Positions 40,439-51,363 of a stretch of 64,000 bases of DNA are shown here, piece after piece. Source of the DNA: Candidatus Poribacteria bacterium (GTDB lineage: Bacteria; Poribacteria; WGA-4E; WGA-3G); the NCBI GenBank assembly GCA_965205025.1, contig CBDBFU010000013.1, positions 160,001 through 224,000 on the forward strand, written 5' to 3'. Under the pieces are notes generated by a model. The model had not been told where the DNA came from. It did no database searches and was given only the letters and a program-made list of their open reading frames with translations. The translations under genes and the position numbers were made by a program. Each line of letters starts with the position of its first letter. Position 1 is the stretch's first letter.

Positions 40439-41374
40439 ATGTCTAACTTCACTACAACCACGGAACTATCACCTGCCGAACTCGCAAAATGTCGAGAAAA
40501 TCTAAAACATCAATGGGAAAATAGGCAGGTTGACGAAAAACTACTAAAACGAGCGTGGGAAGATGCACACCGTGTCGCCGCTGTACTCTATCAGGATTAT
40601 GGCGCGTCGAAAGTTGCTGTCTTCGGTTCTCTCACTGAACAAAGACGTTTTACTAAATATTCTGATATTGATATTATCGTATGGGGAGTTTCATATAACA
40701 AATGTCTTGAGGCACTCTGGCAAACAGATGGTTTAAGTGATGAATTCAAGATTGATATAATCAACTTCAAATCTACAAACAAAGCATTCCGTGAGAGGAT
40801 ATTAAGTCAAGCTATCCATATTGCACCTGTTGATTCTGATCCCCTAAAATATATCCGAGAAACTGATGACAAAACAGATACCGGTGTTAAGGAAATATAC
40901 TCAGTAGATAGAGAAAAATTGATACAACGTATCTCTGATGAACAACAGAAAATCAGAACAACGGTTGATAGAATAGAAAGAGCATTGGAGAAAATTGATG
41001 AATTACCAGTTGAAGCACGAGAATTTATTGAAAGATCTCTTGCAGCTGACCTGGCAGAGGTTTACACTGGTTTAGAGAAGATTTTTGAACAAATTGCAAA
41101 AAATATTGACAAACACATACCAAGAGGAAGTCGTTGGCATAACGATCTCCTAACACAAATGAGTGAACGTCGTCCAGAACGACCACCTGTTGTTACTGAA
41201 AGATCCTACGATAGATTAAGACGGTTCCTTAGGTTTCGACATAAAGTCAGAAATATCTATGGTGATGAATTGATTTACGCAGAAGCAGAAAAACAAGCGA
41301 AAGAAGTAAGAGAATTGTATACAGATATATCAGAAGAACTTGAAACTTTCCTCAGTTATCTGCATGGAATCTAA
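40439..41374 (+). CDS. MNT nucleotidyltransferase-HEPN (HepT-like) fusion 1
   Basis: VFGSL...SDIDI; YTGLEKIF, WHNDLL, FRHKVRNIYG. Confidence 0.8.
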   Translation: MSNFTTTTELSPAELAKCRENLKHQWENRQVDEKLLKRAWEDAHRVAAVLYQDYGASKVAVFGSLTEQRRFTKYSDIDIIVWGVSYNKCLEALWQTDGLSDEFKIDIINFKSTNKAFRERILSQAIHIAPVDSDPLKYIRETDDKTDTGVKEIYSVDREKLIQRISDEQQKIRTTVDRIERALEKIDELPVEAREFIERSLAADLAEVYTGLEKIFEQIAKNIDKHIPRGSRWHNDLLTQMSERRPERPPVVTERSYDRLRRFLRFRHKVRNIYGDELIYAEAEKQAKEVRELYTDISEELETFLSYLHGI

Positions 41375-41380
41375 GGTGAA

Positions 41381-43324
41381 ATGAAAGAAGATGAACAGCT
41401 GAAATCGACCGGAGTCACATGGAAATCTGTTGCGATTACAGTTGTATTGATTCCATTTAATTTTTACTGGATTATAGCGGGTGAAGTTGGTCTTGTCGGT
41501 TATGCTCTAAATACCTACGCTGTTCCATTCTACAATGTCGTCTTTGTCGTTTTTGCATTCACCTTAATCAATCTTGCCGTTCGATATACCTCAAGAATTC
41601 GGCTACTCACCAATGCTGAACTCCTCACAATATACATACTGCTTAGTACTGCTTGTGCCTTTCCATCCATTACCCTGATGACGATCCTCGTCACGACAGT
41701 TGGACATGCCTTCTGGTTCGCAACCCCCGAAAATGAATGGAAACAACTCTTTTGGGACTACTTACCGAGATGGCTTCTGGTTGATGATACCAAAGCATTG
41801 ACAGGATACTATACTGGGGCATCCAATCTCTCTACATTTGAGATCATAAGTAAATGGATGGTTCCAACACTCTCTTGGACACTATTCATCACTGCACTTG
41901 TCCTTGTGATGTTATGTATCAATGTCGTTATACGCAAACAGTGGATTGAACGTGAAAGACTTGCCTATCCTATCACACAGATAGCATTTCATCTTACCCA
42001 TAACACCAAATCCCTATTTTCCAATCGTATTACATGGATAGGATTCGGAATTGCTGCATCAATTGCAATTCTGAATGGATTCAGTTTCTTATACCCAACA
42101 ATTCCGTCATTACCCATAAAACGTATCGGTGGTTGGCGAGGATTTGGACATCTATTTACAGAAAAACCGTGGAATGCCATCGGGGGTATCAGCATGTCCT
42201 ACTACCCATTTGTAATTGGACTTGGACTGTTAATGCCGCTTGATCTATCTTTTTCCAGTTGGTTTTTCTTCATGTTCTATAAAGCACAACTGGTGTTATC
42301 CAGTGCGGCAGGCCTTTCCAGTATTCCCGGTTTCCCATACATTGATCGGCAATGCTTTGGGGCTGCTATAGGAATTTTCATCTCAGTATTAGTGCTTAAT
42401 CTACGTCATATTCGAGGTGTATTCCGAATAGCACGAAACCGTACTGGAGAAGATAATGACGAACCTGTTTCATACAGATTTGCACTATGGGGAATAGCAG
42501 CGGGGCTTGTAGCACTCTTCATTTTTGCCAATCGTATCGGTATGTCTCTATGGTTAATCCCTATCTTTTTTGCTATTTATTTTATCATTGTATTGGTGCT
42601 AACGCGTATGCGTGCCGAACAAGGTTTTCCAGTACATGCAATGGAGAACATGCCAAACCATCATATCCTCATAGACAGTTTCGGTACCCGGATGTTAGGA
42701 ACGAATAATCTCGTTGCCTTTACACTTTTCCGATGGTTCAATCGAAGCTATACCAGCAACCCAATGCCCCATCAGTTGGAAGGATTCAAACTATCAGAAC
42801 GATCAGGCATAGATCCAAAACGCCTATTTTTCTCACTACTCGGAATTTCCGCGTTTGCCTCAATTACGGTATTTGGGGTTATTCTTTATCTTTACTATAC
42901 TTATGGGGCATTGAACATGAGTGGTAGTAGCAGCTGGTCAACAGGATTTGGGGAACGTGTCTTCAGTGGACTCCAAAGGTGGTTATATTATCCTACCGAA
43001 CCGAACTTTTATGCAACGGGTGGTATTGCTTTTGGACTTCTCTTTTCCACACTTCTAATGTTTATGCGTGCAAGATTCTTTTGGTGGCCATTCCACCCAA
43101 TCGGATTTGTCGTTTCAAGTGATTGGGGGATGCGGTATTTGTGGAGTTGTATGTTGGTAAGTTCGATTGTAAAATGGTCTGTTCTGAGAATTAGTGGACC
43201 TCGTGCCTCACAACAATTGGTTATGTTTGCTCTTGGATTGATGTTAGGTGACTTCACGGTTGGTGGTATTTGGAGTCTCATTAGTGTTATCACTCAACAA
43301 CCGATGTATAACTTCTGGCCGTAA
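41381..43324 (+). CDS. DUF6785/DUF6784-like polytopic membrane protein (putative transporter)
   Basis: RKQWIERERLAYP, WPFHPIGF, many TM helices; paralogue at 54345-56312. Confidence 0.75.
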   Translation: MKEDEQLKSTGVTWKSVAITVVLIPFNFYWIIAGEVGLVGYALNTYAVPFYNVVFVVFAFTLINLAVRYTSRIRLLTNAELLTIYILLSTACAFPSITLMTILVTTVGHAFWFATPENEWKQLFWDYLPRWLLVDDTKALTGYYTGASNLSTFEIISKWMVPTLSWTLFITALVLVMLCINVVIRKQWIERERLAYPITQIAFHLTHNTKSLFSNRITWIGFGIAASIAILNGFSFLYPTIPSLPIKRIGGWRGFGHLFTEKPWNAIGGISMSYYPFVIGLGLLMPLDLSFSSWFFFMFYKAQLVLSSAAGLSSIPGFPYIDRQCFGAAIGIFISVLVLNLRHIRGVFRIARNRTGEDNDEPVSYRFALWGIAAGLVALFIFANRIGMSLWLIPIFFAIYFIIVLVLTRMRAEQGFPVHAMENMPNHHILIDSFGTRMLGTNNLVAFTLFRWFNRSYTSNPMPHQLEGFKLSERSGIDPKRLFFSLLGISAFASITVFGVILYLYYTYGALNMSGSSSWSTGFGERVFSGLQRWLYYPTEPNFYATGGIAFGLLFSTLLMFMRARFFWWPFHPIGFVVSSDWGMRYLWSCMLVSSIVKWSVLRISGPRASQQLVMFALGLMLGDFTVGGIWSLISVITQQPMYNFWP

Positions 43325-43448
43325 ACTTTATTCACTTCAAATTGGTGAATTGGTGGCTTTTGTTTGATAAAACACTCCAAGTATGATAAAATTCATTAAG
43401 AAATACTTGCTTGTATGCAACTCAATTAAAATCATCATAATTCTACCT

Positions 43449-43979
43449 ATGGAGTTGGAAGTGCGAACATTAACAATCTCTTTACCAGATTATTTATATC
43501 GGAAATTTACACGACAAGCTCAAGCATTTGATACATCTCTTGAGGAAATTGTGCTATTTCAACTCAAACTCGACGAAGTTAGGAATTCCGCATTGGTTTT
43601 CTTACAACAGCATGCCGGTAGGTGTCTAACTGTAAGAGAACCTATTTTTAAGGAAGAAACCCCACCTATCTGGGTAGTTCCGGCATTTACTAATGTGGCA
43701 CAACCACAAAAAGTTGGAGAAGTTGTCGTTGATGCCGACACGTTTAAAGTATTAAGCACACACAGGGATGTAATTGAAATGATAAAGAAGGGACACTCAA
43801 GTTTTGGTTTTAAGGACTTTCCTGTGGAAAAAAAAGATCGATTAGCAGACCTCTTAACATTAAATAATCAAAATTCTTTAGATGGAAAAGAGAAACTGGA
43901 ACTGGATATCCTACTTGCCGAAGAACAGGCACTACAACTCCAAAATCTGGAAACATTGGATAAGAGATTATTGTCATAG
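43449..43979 (+). CDS. Hypothetical protein, antitoxin-like (RHH-like N-terminus)
   Basis: LTISLPDYLYRKF...SLEEIV; C-terminal RLADLL...ELDILL; precedes an HNH fragment. Confidence 0.5.
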   Translation: MELEVRTLTISLPDYLYRKFTRQAQAFDTSLEEIVLFQLKLDEVRNSALVFLQQHAGRCLTVREPIFKEETPPIWVVPAFTNVAQPQKVGEVVVDADTFKVLSTHRDVIEMIKKGHSSFGFKDFPVEKKDRLADLLTLNNQNSLDGKEKLELDILLAEEQALQLQNLETLDKRLLS

Positions 43980-43993
43980 ATAAGGAGTGATAA

Positions 43994-44152
43994 GTGCGTG
44001 TAGGTGATCCAATGCGTGGTGATATTCTAAATCGCGCAAATGGCAAGTGCGAATACTGTCACTATCCAGAGCACTTCTCTCCTTCAGCGTTTGAGGTAGA
44101 ACATATCATTCCAAAATCAGCAAATGGATTAACAAGAATTGAAAACCTTTAA
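43994..44152 (+). pseudogene. Truncated HNH endonuclease
   Basis: VRVGDPMRGDILNRANGKCEYCHYPEHFSPSAFEVEHIIPKSANGLTRIENL*; stops just before the second CxxC; RBS AAGGAG. Confidence 0.75.
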
Positions 44153-44269
44153 CCATCAATCCACAATACTCCTCTATATCTATTTGGTGTATATTTTATA
44201 CATCAATAAGTTCTTCCTTTCATTGAAATATACATATTTTGTCATCCTATCTGCTAAGGAAACAGTGAG

Positions 44270-45221
44270 ATGCAACCTAAAGAGAATACTTACACTACAA
44301 AAGATCTATCCTCAGAAGAAGTTAAACCATCGTCCATTCACCTTGATGAACGGATGAAATACCGTAAGGTTGATGGTGAATTGCTACAACGCGCGTGGCA
44401 CACCGCACACAAAATTGCAGCCATGCTTTATGAAGATTTCGGAGCATCGCAGGTCGCTGTATTTGGATCGCTTGCCGAAGGATATTGGTTTTCAACGGAA
44501 TCCGATATTGATATTGCTGTCTGGGGAATTCAAGGAGATACGTATCACGATGCTGTATGGGAAACCAGGAACTTTAGTACTGAATTTCGAATCGATCTCG
44601 TCAACTACCACAGTGCAAATGGACGATTTTGTGATCGGATACAAAACCAAGCCAATTCTAATTCAAGCAGAGAAAACTGGTTTAGATATTTCCATAGACA
44701 ACCAAGTCTCCTTTACATTAAAGGAAAATACTTCTGAAGTGAATAGTCGAAAACTCATTGAACGAATAACCGATGAACGCAAAAAATTAGAACAAACTGT
44801 TGAAGAAATTAGGGTGCGCCTCAAAAAAATAGAAATGATATCAGGTGAAGATCTGGAAGATCTTAAAGTTTTGGTTGCAATTCGTCTTCCTGTTTTTTAT
44901 ACGGGATTAGAGAACATATTTAAACGGATCGCTCGTGAAATTGACATGGATCAACCTCAGGGTAGAGATTGGCACAAAGATTTGTTAAATCAAATGGCAT
45001 CATCACACCGTATGCGTCCTGCCGTGATCTCGAGGAAATTAATTACCACTTTGGATCATATATTAAAGTTTCGTCACCGTTTCAGGAACATCTATGTGTT
45101 TGAGTTAGAACTTGAAAGAGTAGTTGAAAATGCACAACGAGTTTCTGATATATTTAAAGAACTCAATGGAGAACTTGGTAGTTTTATCAGGTGGATAGAG
45201 ACACAGACATCAGATAAGTAG
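44270..45221 (+). CDS. MNT-HEPN fusion 2 (apparent +1 frameshift near 44654)
   Basis: VFGSL...SDIDI in the first frame and FRHRFRNIY in the second; colinear with the 45255 paralogue. Confidence 0.7.
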
Positions 45222-45254
45222 ACTGTAGATCCTATTTTCCAAGGGAACAGTGAT

Positions 45255-46139
45255 ATGCAACAACCAAAAGAAAACACTCCCACTTCAAAAGATCTGTCCC
45301 CAGAAGAGGTAGAACTATCCTCCATCCGCTTTGATGAACGTTTGAAGAACCGTACGGTTGATTGTGAATTGCTACATCGCGCATGGGATACCGCACATCG
45401 GATTGCAGCCATGCTTTATGAAGTTTTTGGGGCAACTCAGGTTGCTGTATTTGGATCACTTGCCGAGGAATACTATTTTTCAAAATGGTCAGATATTGAT
45501 ATTGTTGTGTGGGGTATCCCTAATGACAAGTCCCTACGCGCTTTATCAGTGGCATCAGATATTAGTAGACTCTTTAAGGTAGATCTCGTGATGTTTGAGA
45601 ACTGTGAAAAAAAGTTTCAAGAACGAATAAGTAATCAACTAAGATATATAGAAAAAGGTGTAATATATAACGTGGACCGAAGTGGGTTTATTGAGCGTAT
45701 TGGTGCTGAACGCGATAAAATTGAAACAACAATTGCAAAAATTGACGATAGACTACAAAAAATAAAGACTGCTCCAGACGAATATAAAGAAGAGATTGAA
45801 ACAACAATTGCTAAGAATCTTGTAGATTGTTATCAAGGGATGGAGAATATCTTTAGACGGATAGCTCTTGATGTGGATTTACACTTACCTGATGGAAGCA
45901 TGTGGCATAAAGAATTGCTATCTCAGATGGTTGAACGACATGATGAACGACCATCTGTGATTACTCAAGAAACCTATCTCCGAATACAAGAACTATTGGA
46001 GTTTCGTCATGTTTTCAATAATATCTACGGAGAGGAATTGGTGTACGAAAGAACAGAAAAAATCGGTAAAGAAATTGGTGGATTGTTTCAAAACTTTTAT
46101 AAAGAACTGGACCTGTTCATCGCTTGGTTGGAGAAGTAA
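45255..46139 (+). CDS. MNT-HEPN fusion 3
   Basis: VFGSL...SDIDI; WHKELL; FRHVFNNIYG. Confidence 0.8.
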   Translation: MQQPKENTPTSKDLSPEEVELSSIRFDERLKNRTVDCELLHRAWDTAHRIAAMLYEVFGATQVAVFGSLAEEYYFSKWSDIDIVVWGIPNDKSLRALSVASDISRLFKVDLVMFENCEKKFQERISNQLRYIEKGVIYNVDRSGFIERIGAERDKIETTIAKIDDRLQKIKTAPDEYKEEIETTIAKNLVDCYQGMENIFRRIALDVDLHLPDGSMWHKELLSQMVERHDERPSVITQETYLRIQELLEFRHVFNNIYGEELVYERTEKIGKEIGGLFQNFYKELDLFIAWLEK

Positions 46140-46156
46140 ACATCAAAAAAGGCGAA

Positions 46157-47313
46157 ATGACTAATCACACACTTCTACACCAAATCACAGACTTCTGCAG
46201 ATTCCTCCGACAGATGGGTGTGAATGTAACAACAACCAATCAGTTAAGTTGGTGTAAGAGTGTAGAACTCATTGATATTGCAGATCGCGAGACGTTTTAT
46301 CATACAGCACGAACAAATCTAATTGTCAACCAAGCAGACTGTGAGAAATTTGATCTCGCCTTTAACCTTTTCTGGCGATTTCCAAGACCCGAATTCCAAT
46401 CGGTTGAAATGGATGGTGAACCTGAGCCTTCAGCATTACAAGATCTATACAATGAAGAAGATATAGAGAACGTACTTGATCAATGGATAGACCACGAGGA
46501 AGAGGACGATGCTGAAGCACAGGAAGACGATCCTATCGCTTATAGTGTTGAAGATGTCTTCACTCAAAAGGATTTCAGTGAGTTCACCATGGAGGATATG
46601 GAAAGGGCACGCGACATTGTTGCAAAATTGGCAGCCATATTAGCAACAAGACTGAGTAGACGAAAAGTTGTTAGCAAAAAGGGAAAGACCATTGATTTCA
46701 GAAAAAGTTGGCGGCAAAGTCTTACTTACGGTGGTGAACCCATCGAACTCAAACGGAAACAAAAAAAGATAAAAAAGACTAAGATCCTACTTCTGTGTGA
46801 TGTAAGTGGTTCTATGGATTGTTATGCCAAATTCCTAATACAATTTATATACGGTATGCAGCAAGAATTGAAAGAAGTTGAGGTGGCAGTTTTTAGTACA
46901 CACCTAACAAACATTACAGGTCTACTCCGTCGAAAGGGTTTGGCAGAAGGTCTAAATGAAGTAGCAAACGCTGTTCCAGACTGGTCGGGTGGTACAAAAA
47001 TAGGGGAAAGCCTATTAGAATTCTATCGACAATTTGCTGCGTCTTTCTCAGCATACCGTACCGTTGTCATCCTCATCAGCGACGGTTGGGATCGTGGAGA
47101 TGCAGATATTACTTCGTCGATCCATGGAAATGATACACCAACATGCATATAAACTGATATGGCTAAATCCACTGCTTGGGAGTGATACCTATCAACCGAT
47201 TTGTAGAGGTATCCGAACTGCAATGCCTTATGTGGACTATTTTCTTCCAGCACATAATTTGGAGAGTTTTAGCACAATTGACAAAGGTTCTAATTCCTCT
47301 CTGGTCTAAGTAA
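46157..47313 (+). CDS. VWA-domain CoxE-like protein (apparent +1 frameshifts near 47110 and 47268)
   Basis: DVSGSM MIDAS, DWSGGTKIG, ISDGWD, then LIWLNPL in the next frame. Confidence 0.8.
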
Positions 47314-47495
47314 TCCCTCCTATGGTAAACAACAATGAAATAGATAGATACTATTTTGAAGTTGTGGTGTTATTATATACAAGAGCTATAAGAATATCAT
47401 ATATAGAATAGGTACGATTTCCACCCACTACATTTAGAATGTGGATACTGTAATTTTAATTCTTATACCTCATCTTAAAACAAGGAATATTTTCT

Positions 47496-48623
47496 ATGCA
47501 AGTTCAGGCAGCGGTGATGCTCCAACCGGGGCAGATAGAAATCCGCGAATATGACAAACCAACACCGGAAGACGATTCGCTCATACTACAAGTAGACAAA
47601 GTTGGTATCTGTGGTAGTGACAAACACATGTACCTTGGACATACAGCACTTAAATTCCCTGTTATTCCAGGACATGAAGTAGTCGGTACAGTTGCTGAAA
47701 TCGGAAAGGATGCCAACAAAGTTATGAATGTAATGGGTGGTCCTATTAAGACTGGCGACCGAATTACTGTTGTACCCGGTTCAAAGAATTGTGGTAGATG
47801 CTACTACTGCTTACATGTACCAGGACGTCCGACTTTATGTTCAGGACGTACGATCTATGGGTTTAGTAATAGCGAGACTCCACCATACCTGAATGGTGAA
47901 TTTTCTGAATGTACATATATTCACGGGAACTCTTGGGTATATAAGATTCCTGATGATATTCCAGAGGAAATAGCAGTACTTACTGAACCTGTTGCTGTAG
48001 CGACACGTGCTGTTGAGCGTGCTTGTGCCCCCGGGTTTACCACAGATTGGGGATGGCTATAGTATTGGAAGCAGTGTCGCCGTACTCGGATGCGGACCGA
48101 TTGGACTTCTTGTGATTGCAGTCTTAAGAGATAGTGGGGCTGGTACAATTATCGCTACGGACCTTGTTGATAGCCGTTTGGAAATGGCACAGCACATGGG
48201 TGCGGATGTGGTTATTAATGTAGGAGATACTACACCAGAAGAAACGGGTTGAACAAATTCAGGATCTTACAAATGGTGTCGGTGTGGACATAGCGATTGA
48301 ATGTGCAGGTATACCTGCTGTTTTTTCAGAAGCTTTGGATGTTGTCAGACGCGGAGCGAAAGTCATAGAGGTAGGTCCATTATACTGATTCAGGCGATAT
48401 ACAAGTTAGACCTCATCAAATCTGTAACAAAGACCTTGATGTTTGTGGCGTGTGGGCATATCCACAGATCCAATTTCAGACAGCGTTAGATTTCCTTCAA
48501 AGAACACGGACACCCTTACACAAGCTAATTACGCATCGTCTACCCTTAAATCAATTAGAACATGGTATTGATATGCTTGGAAAAGAGGGTGTCTATAAGG
48601 TTGTTATCGAACCACAAACATAA
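47496..48623 (+). CDS. Zn-dependent alcohol/polyol dehydrogenase (MDR) with three apparent +1 frameshifts
   Basis: GICGSD, GHE, CGRCYYC...C, GCGPIG, IECAG, YKVVI joined across frames (~48030, ~48245, ~48378). Confidence 0.8.
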
Positions 48624-48685
48624 TGAACTGCTAAGAATTCCTATGTTTTAAAAAAGTCAACAATTCCTATACATAGGTGAAAAAT

Positions 48686-49664
48686 ATGAAAAATCGGAAC
48701 TACATACTCAAACTACTATTATTTCTAATCTTAGTATATATCGTTTCTTTTAATACCTCGATTACAATTGCTCAAGATATACCAAAAAAAGGTTCCTCGT
48801 TATTTACAACAATTGAAAACGCAAAAGAGTATATCATAAACAATCAGAATGTAGATGGCGGTTGGCCACTAATACCAGGTGAAGAAAGCGATGTTGAGAT
48901 CACAGCACTTGCTATCTGGTCTCTAATTGATGCGGATTGGGGAACAGGATCAAGTGTCGTTCGTCGCGGTGTCAGATATTTGGAAAGATACCAACGTGAA
49001 GATGGTAGTTGGAATAACAATACTGCTCACACCATTTTTAGTGTTATCGCATTGGCAAAGGGAAAAACAGCACCAGATATACGATTTAGGGGTTTACAAT
49101 GGCTGAAAAAAGCACAAAATCCTAGTGGTAGTTGGGGTAGTGAAAGCAATGATACTGGACATATCCTTTATACAGCAGCATCTCTTGTTGGACTAAAAAA
49201 AACTCGGGTTAACGCAGAGAAATTCCGAGCTTATTCCTTCTGGTATGAAATGGATAGCAGATCCAGAACGGATAAATTTTGATGGTGGATGGACATTACC
49301 CAATGGTACACAGTCAGATATTTATGTGACTTCTTGGGTATTGCAGGCACTATCTCCTGACTACGATCTTGATGAGCAGATTGCATGGATAAAGCAATTC
49401 CAAAATAAGGATGGTGGTTTCGGGAGATATAGAGGGAATTCAAGTGATCCAGAGGTTACTGCTACCGTAATTATGGCACTTGCAGCAAGTGAAGATCCAC
49501 TTAATACACGCCGTATAGCGATTTCTTATTTTACAAAGGCTCAATCTGAAAATGGCGGTTTTATTAGTGATACACCAATAGAACTCAAAACCCCAACCGA
49601 GAACTTACAAACTACCTGTTTTGTATTGATTGCCATTCATGCCAATACAAACAGTGAACAATAA
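48686..49664 (+). CDS. Secreted prenyltransferase/squalene-cyclase QW-repeat protein (apparent frameshift in the A-run at ~49200)
   Basis: QNVDGGW, QREDGSW, QNPSGSW, QNKDGGF, QSENGGF repeats. Confidence 0.75.
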
Positions 49665-49680
49665 AACAGGCATTTCATAG

Positions 49681-49722
49681 AAAAGGGATGATTCAAGTAT
49701 ATACACTTCAATCATCCCTTTC
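49681..49722. terminator. Bidirectional terminator between convergent genes
   Basis: AAAAGGGATGATT...AATCATCCCTTTT. Confidence 0.6.
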
Positions 49723-49774
49723 TTTATTTCTAAAACTTGTCTGAGTAAATTTTCAATATCTCTCTAAATATGTC

Positions 49775-51304
49775 CTAAAATTCAACCAGTAATTGTGGAA
49801 TAATCCTTGCACTACGTGTTGGTTTTTCAACGTTATTAATCTGATAGACAATCCTTGCTAATGCTCCTTCGGAGAAATGCCACGTTAAGGCACCACCAAG
49901 GGTTGACCACACCTGATCTTCATCCCCCCGATTGAATGTAAATGTGTTGAACTTTGTTGTGTTTGGATTCCACACATCATACTTCAATCGAACATCTAAT
50001 GTCTCAGACAAAGGCAATTCTGCATGAAGATAATAACCTTCAACAGAAGCATTTCTGTCTTCGGTTGGTATCGGAATATAAAGATACTTCAAGAGTTGTG
50101 TATCTCTACCTCTAACCCATTCAGCAGCAAAGTCAAGACGCCACAACTTGAAACTTGTTGCAAAACCAGCACGCCGTTTATATACTAACGTGGACGGGTT
50201 GACATCACCATTAATAGGATTAAATGGATAACTATTCCCATCAAAATAGGATCCACCAAGCCAAATTCTCTTACCAAAAACTGGCAGTGTCCCGTTTAAA
50301 TGGACAAACACTGGTGGACTGTTATTTCTAATCGGTTTTAAGATACCACCTCCACTTCCGTGTGGACCAATTTGTATGCCTTTAGCCACTGTGCCTTCTG
50401 TGACAGTTCGGAGCGAATCTGGTCCATCCGCAAGCGATACTACATAAGAGACTGGTCCTACAAATCCATTTAGTTGTAATCCACGATCAGAAATGAAACC
50501 GATATTCTTCCTTACCAAATTATATAATGGATTCGCTGCAGCATCCGACTTCGTATCTATACCAAATCCATGACGAAACCTACCTACTTTTAAAGAAGCA
50601 CCCTTTGGAAGGACAGGTAGTCCTGTCAGAATTGCATATACAAAACCGTGGTCATCAGCGACTTGTGTTCCCAAAGGAGAGGTCGTCAACAACTGCTCTC
50701 CTAATACACTCACATGATCCCCAATGCTCGTGGTAACGACAAATTCAGCAACGTGAATTAAGGTGGTTCCCGAATCCCAATTCTCTCTATCAGGGAACAG
50801 ATCTTTCCCACGAGTGATACGCCGTATATCTAACGCACCTCCGAAAACCAGATCTCCGAATGCACCACCCAGAAAATCTGAACCCCCTGTATCCTCTGAG
50901 ACATCAGCATCATCAAAACTAAAGACATTGTCATCATCAAGATCAATATCTTCATCGGATTCAGATAGTTCGTTCGATGTTTCAACATTTTCAGGTGTAC
51001 TGGCTGCATCTCCAGGATAGGAACGAGCAATAAGTTCTTTTATATTGCTAAACCCATCTTTATCAGAATCCATATTTTCAATACGTGTGAATGTAGACAT
51101 GTTCATTCCGTTATGTAAGAATGCTCTACCGTAAGGGTTTGGTGAATCTCCACCCTTCTTTGAAAAATGGCATACATTACATCCACCTGTCCATTTATAT
51201 TTTGTTTTGAACATTTTATAGAATGCTGGGAGAGCGTGGACTGATTGGTCTGCAATTAAGGTACAAAAGAGCACCATCACGCAGATAAATAGTATTTTGC
51301 GCAT
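49775..51304 (-). CDS. Monoheme cytochrome c / Ca-binding repeat fused to a porin-like beta-barrel
   Basis: Signal peptide; CNVCH; DSDKDGFSN; acidic linker; amphipathic strands; C-terminal Phe. Confidence 0.7.
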   Translation of the reverse strand: MRKILFICVMVLFCTLIADQSVHALPAFYKMFKTKYKWTGGCNVCHFSKKGGDSPNPYGRAFLHNGMNMSTFTRIENMDSDKDGFSNIKELIARSYPGDAASTPENVETSNELSESDEDIDLDDDNVFSFDDADVSEDTGGSDFLGGAFGDLVFGGALDIRRITRGKDLFPDRENWDSGTTLIHVAEFVVTTSIGDHVSVLGEQLLTTSPLGTQVADDHGFVYAILTGLPVLPKGASLKVGRFRHGFGIDTKSDAAANPLYNLVRKNIGFISDRGLQLNGFVGPVSYVVSLADGPDSLRTVTEGTVAKGIQIGPHGSGGGILKPIRNNSPPVFVHLNGTLPVFGKRIWLGGSYFDGNSYPFNPINGDVNPSTLVYKRRAGFATSFKLWRLDFAAEWVRGRDTQLLKYLYIPIPTEDRNASVEGYYLHAELPLSETLDVRLKYDVWNPNTTKFNTFTFNRGDEDQVWSTLGGALTWHFSEGALARIVYQINNVEKPTRSARIIPQLLVEF

Positions 51305-51363
51305 GATTTATTCCTTATATGAAATGAATGCAATGATATTCGAAAATATCCTAAGAACTTGCC

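Noticed and set aside
44640-49210. Pseudogene cluster or programmed frameshifting in four nearby genes
   Set aside because: All seven lesions (~44654, 47110, 47268, 48030, 48245, 48378, 49200) are single-base insertions, mostly extending short runs, with no in-frame stops once corrected. A local sequencing/assembly error is most likely; raw reads would confirm
48686-49664. Squalene-hopene or terpene cyclase
   Set aside because: Only QW-type repeats in a ~325-aa secreted protein; no DxDD catalytic motif
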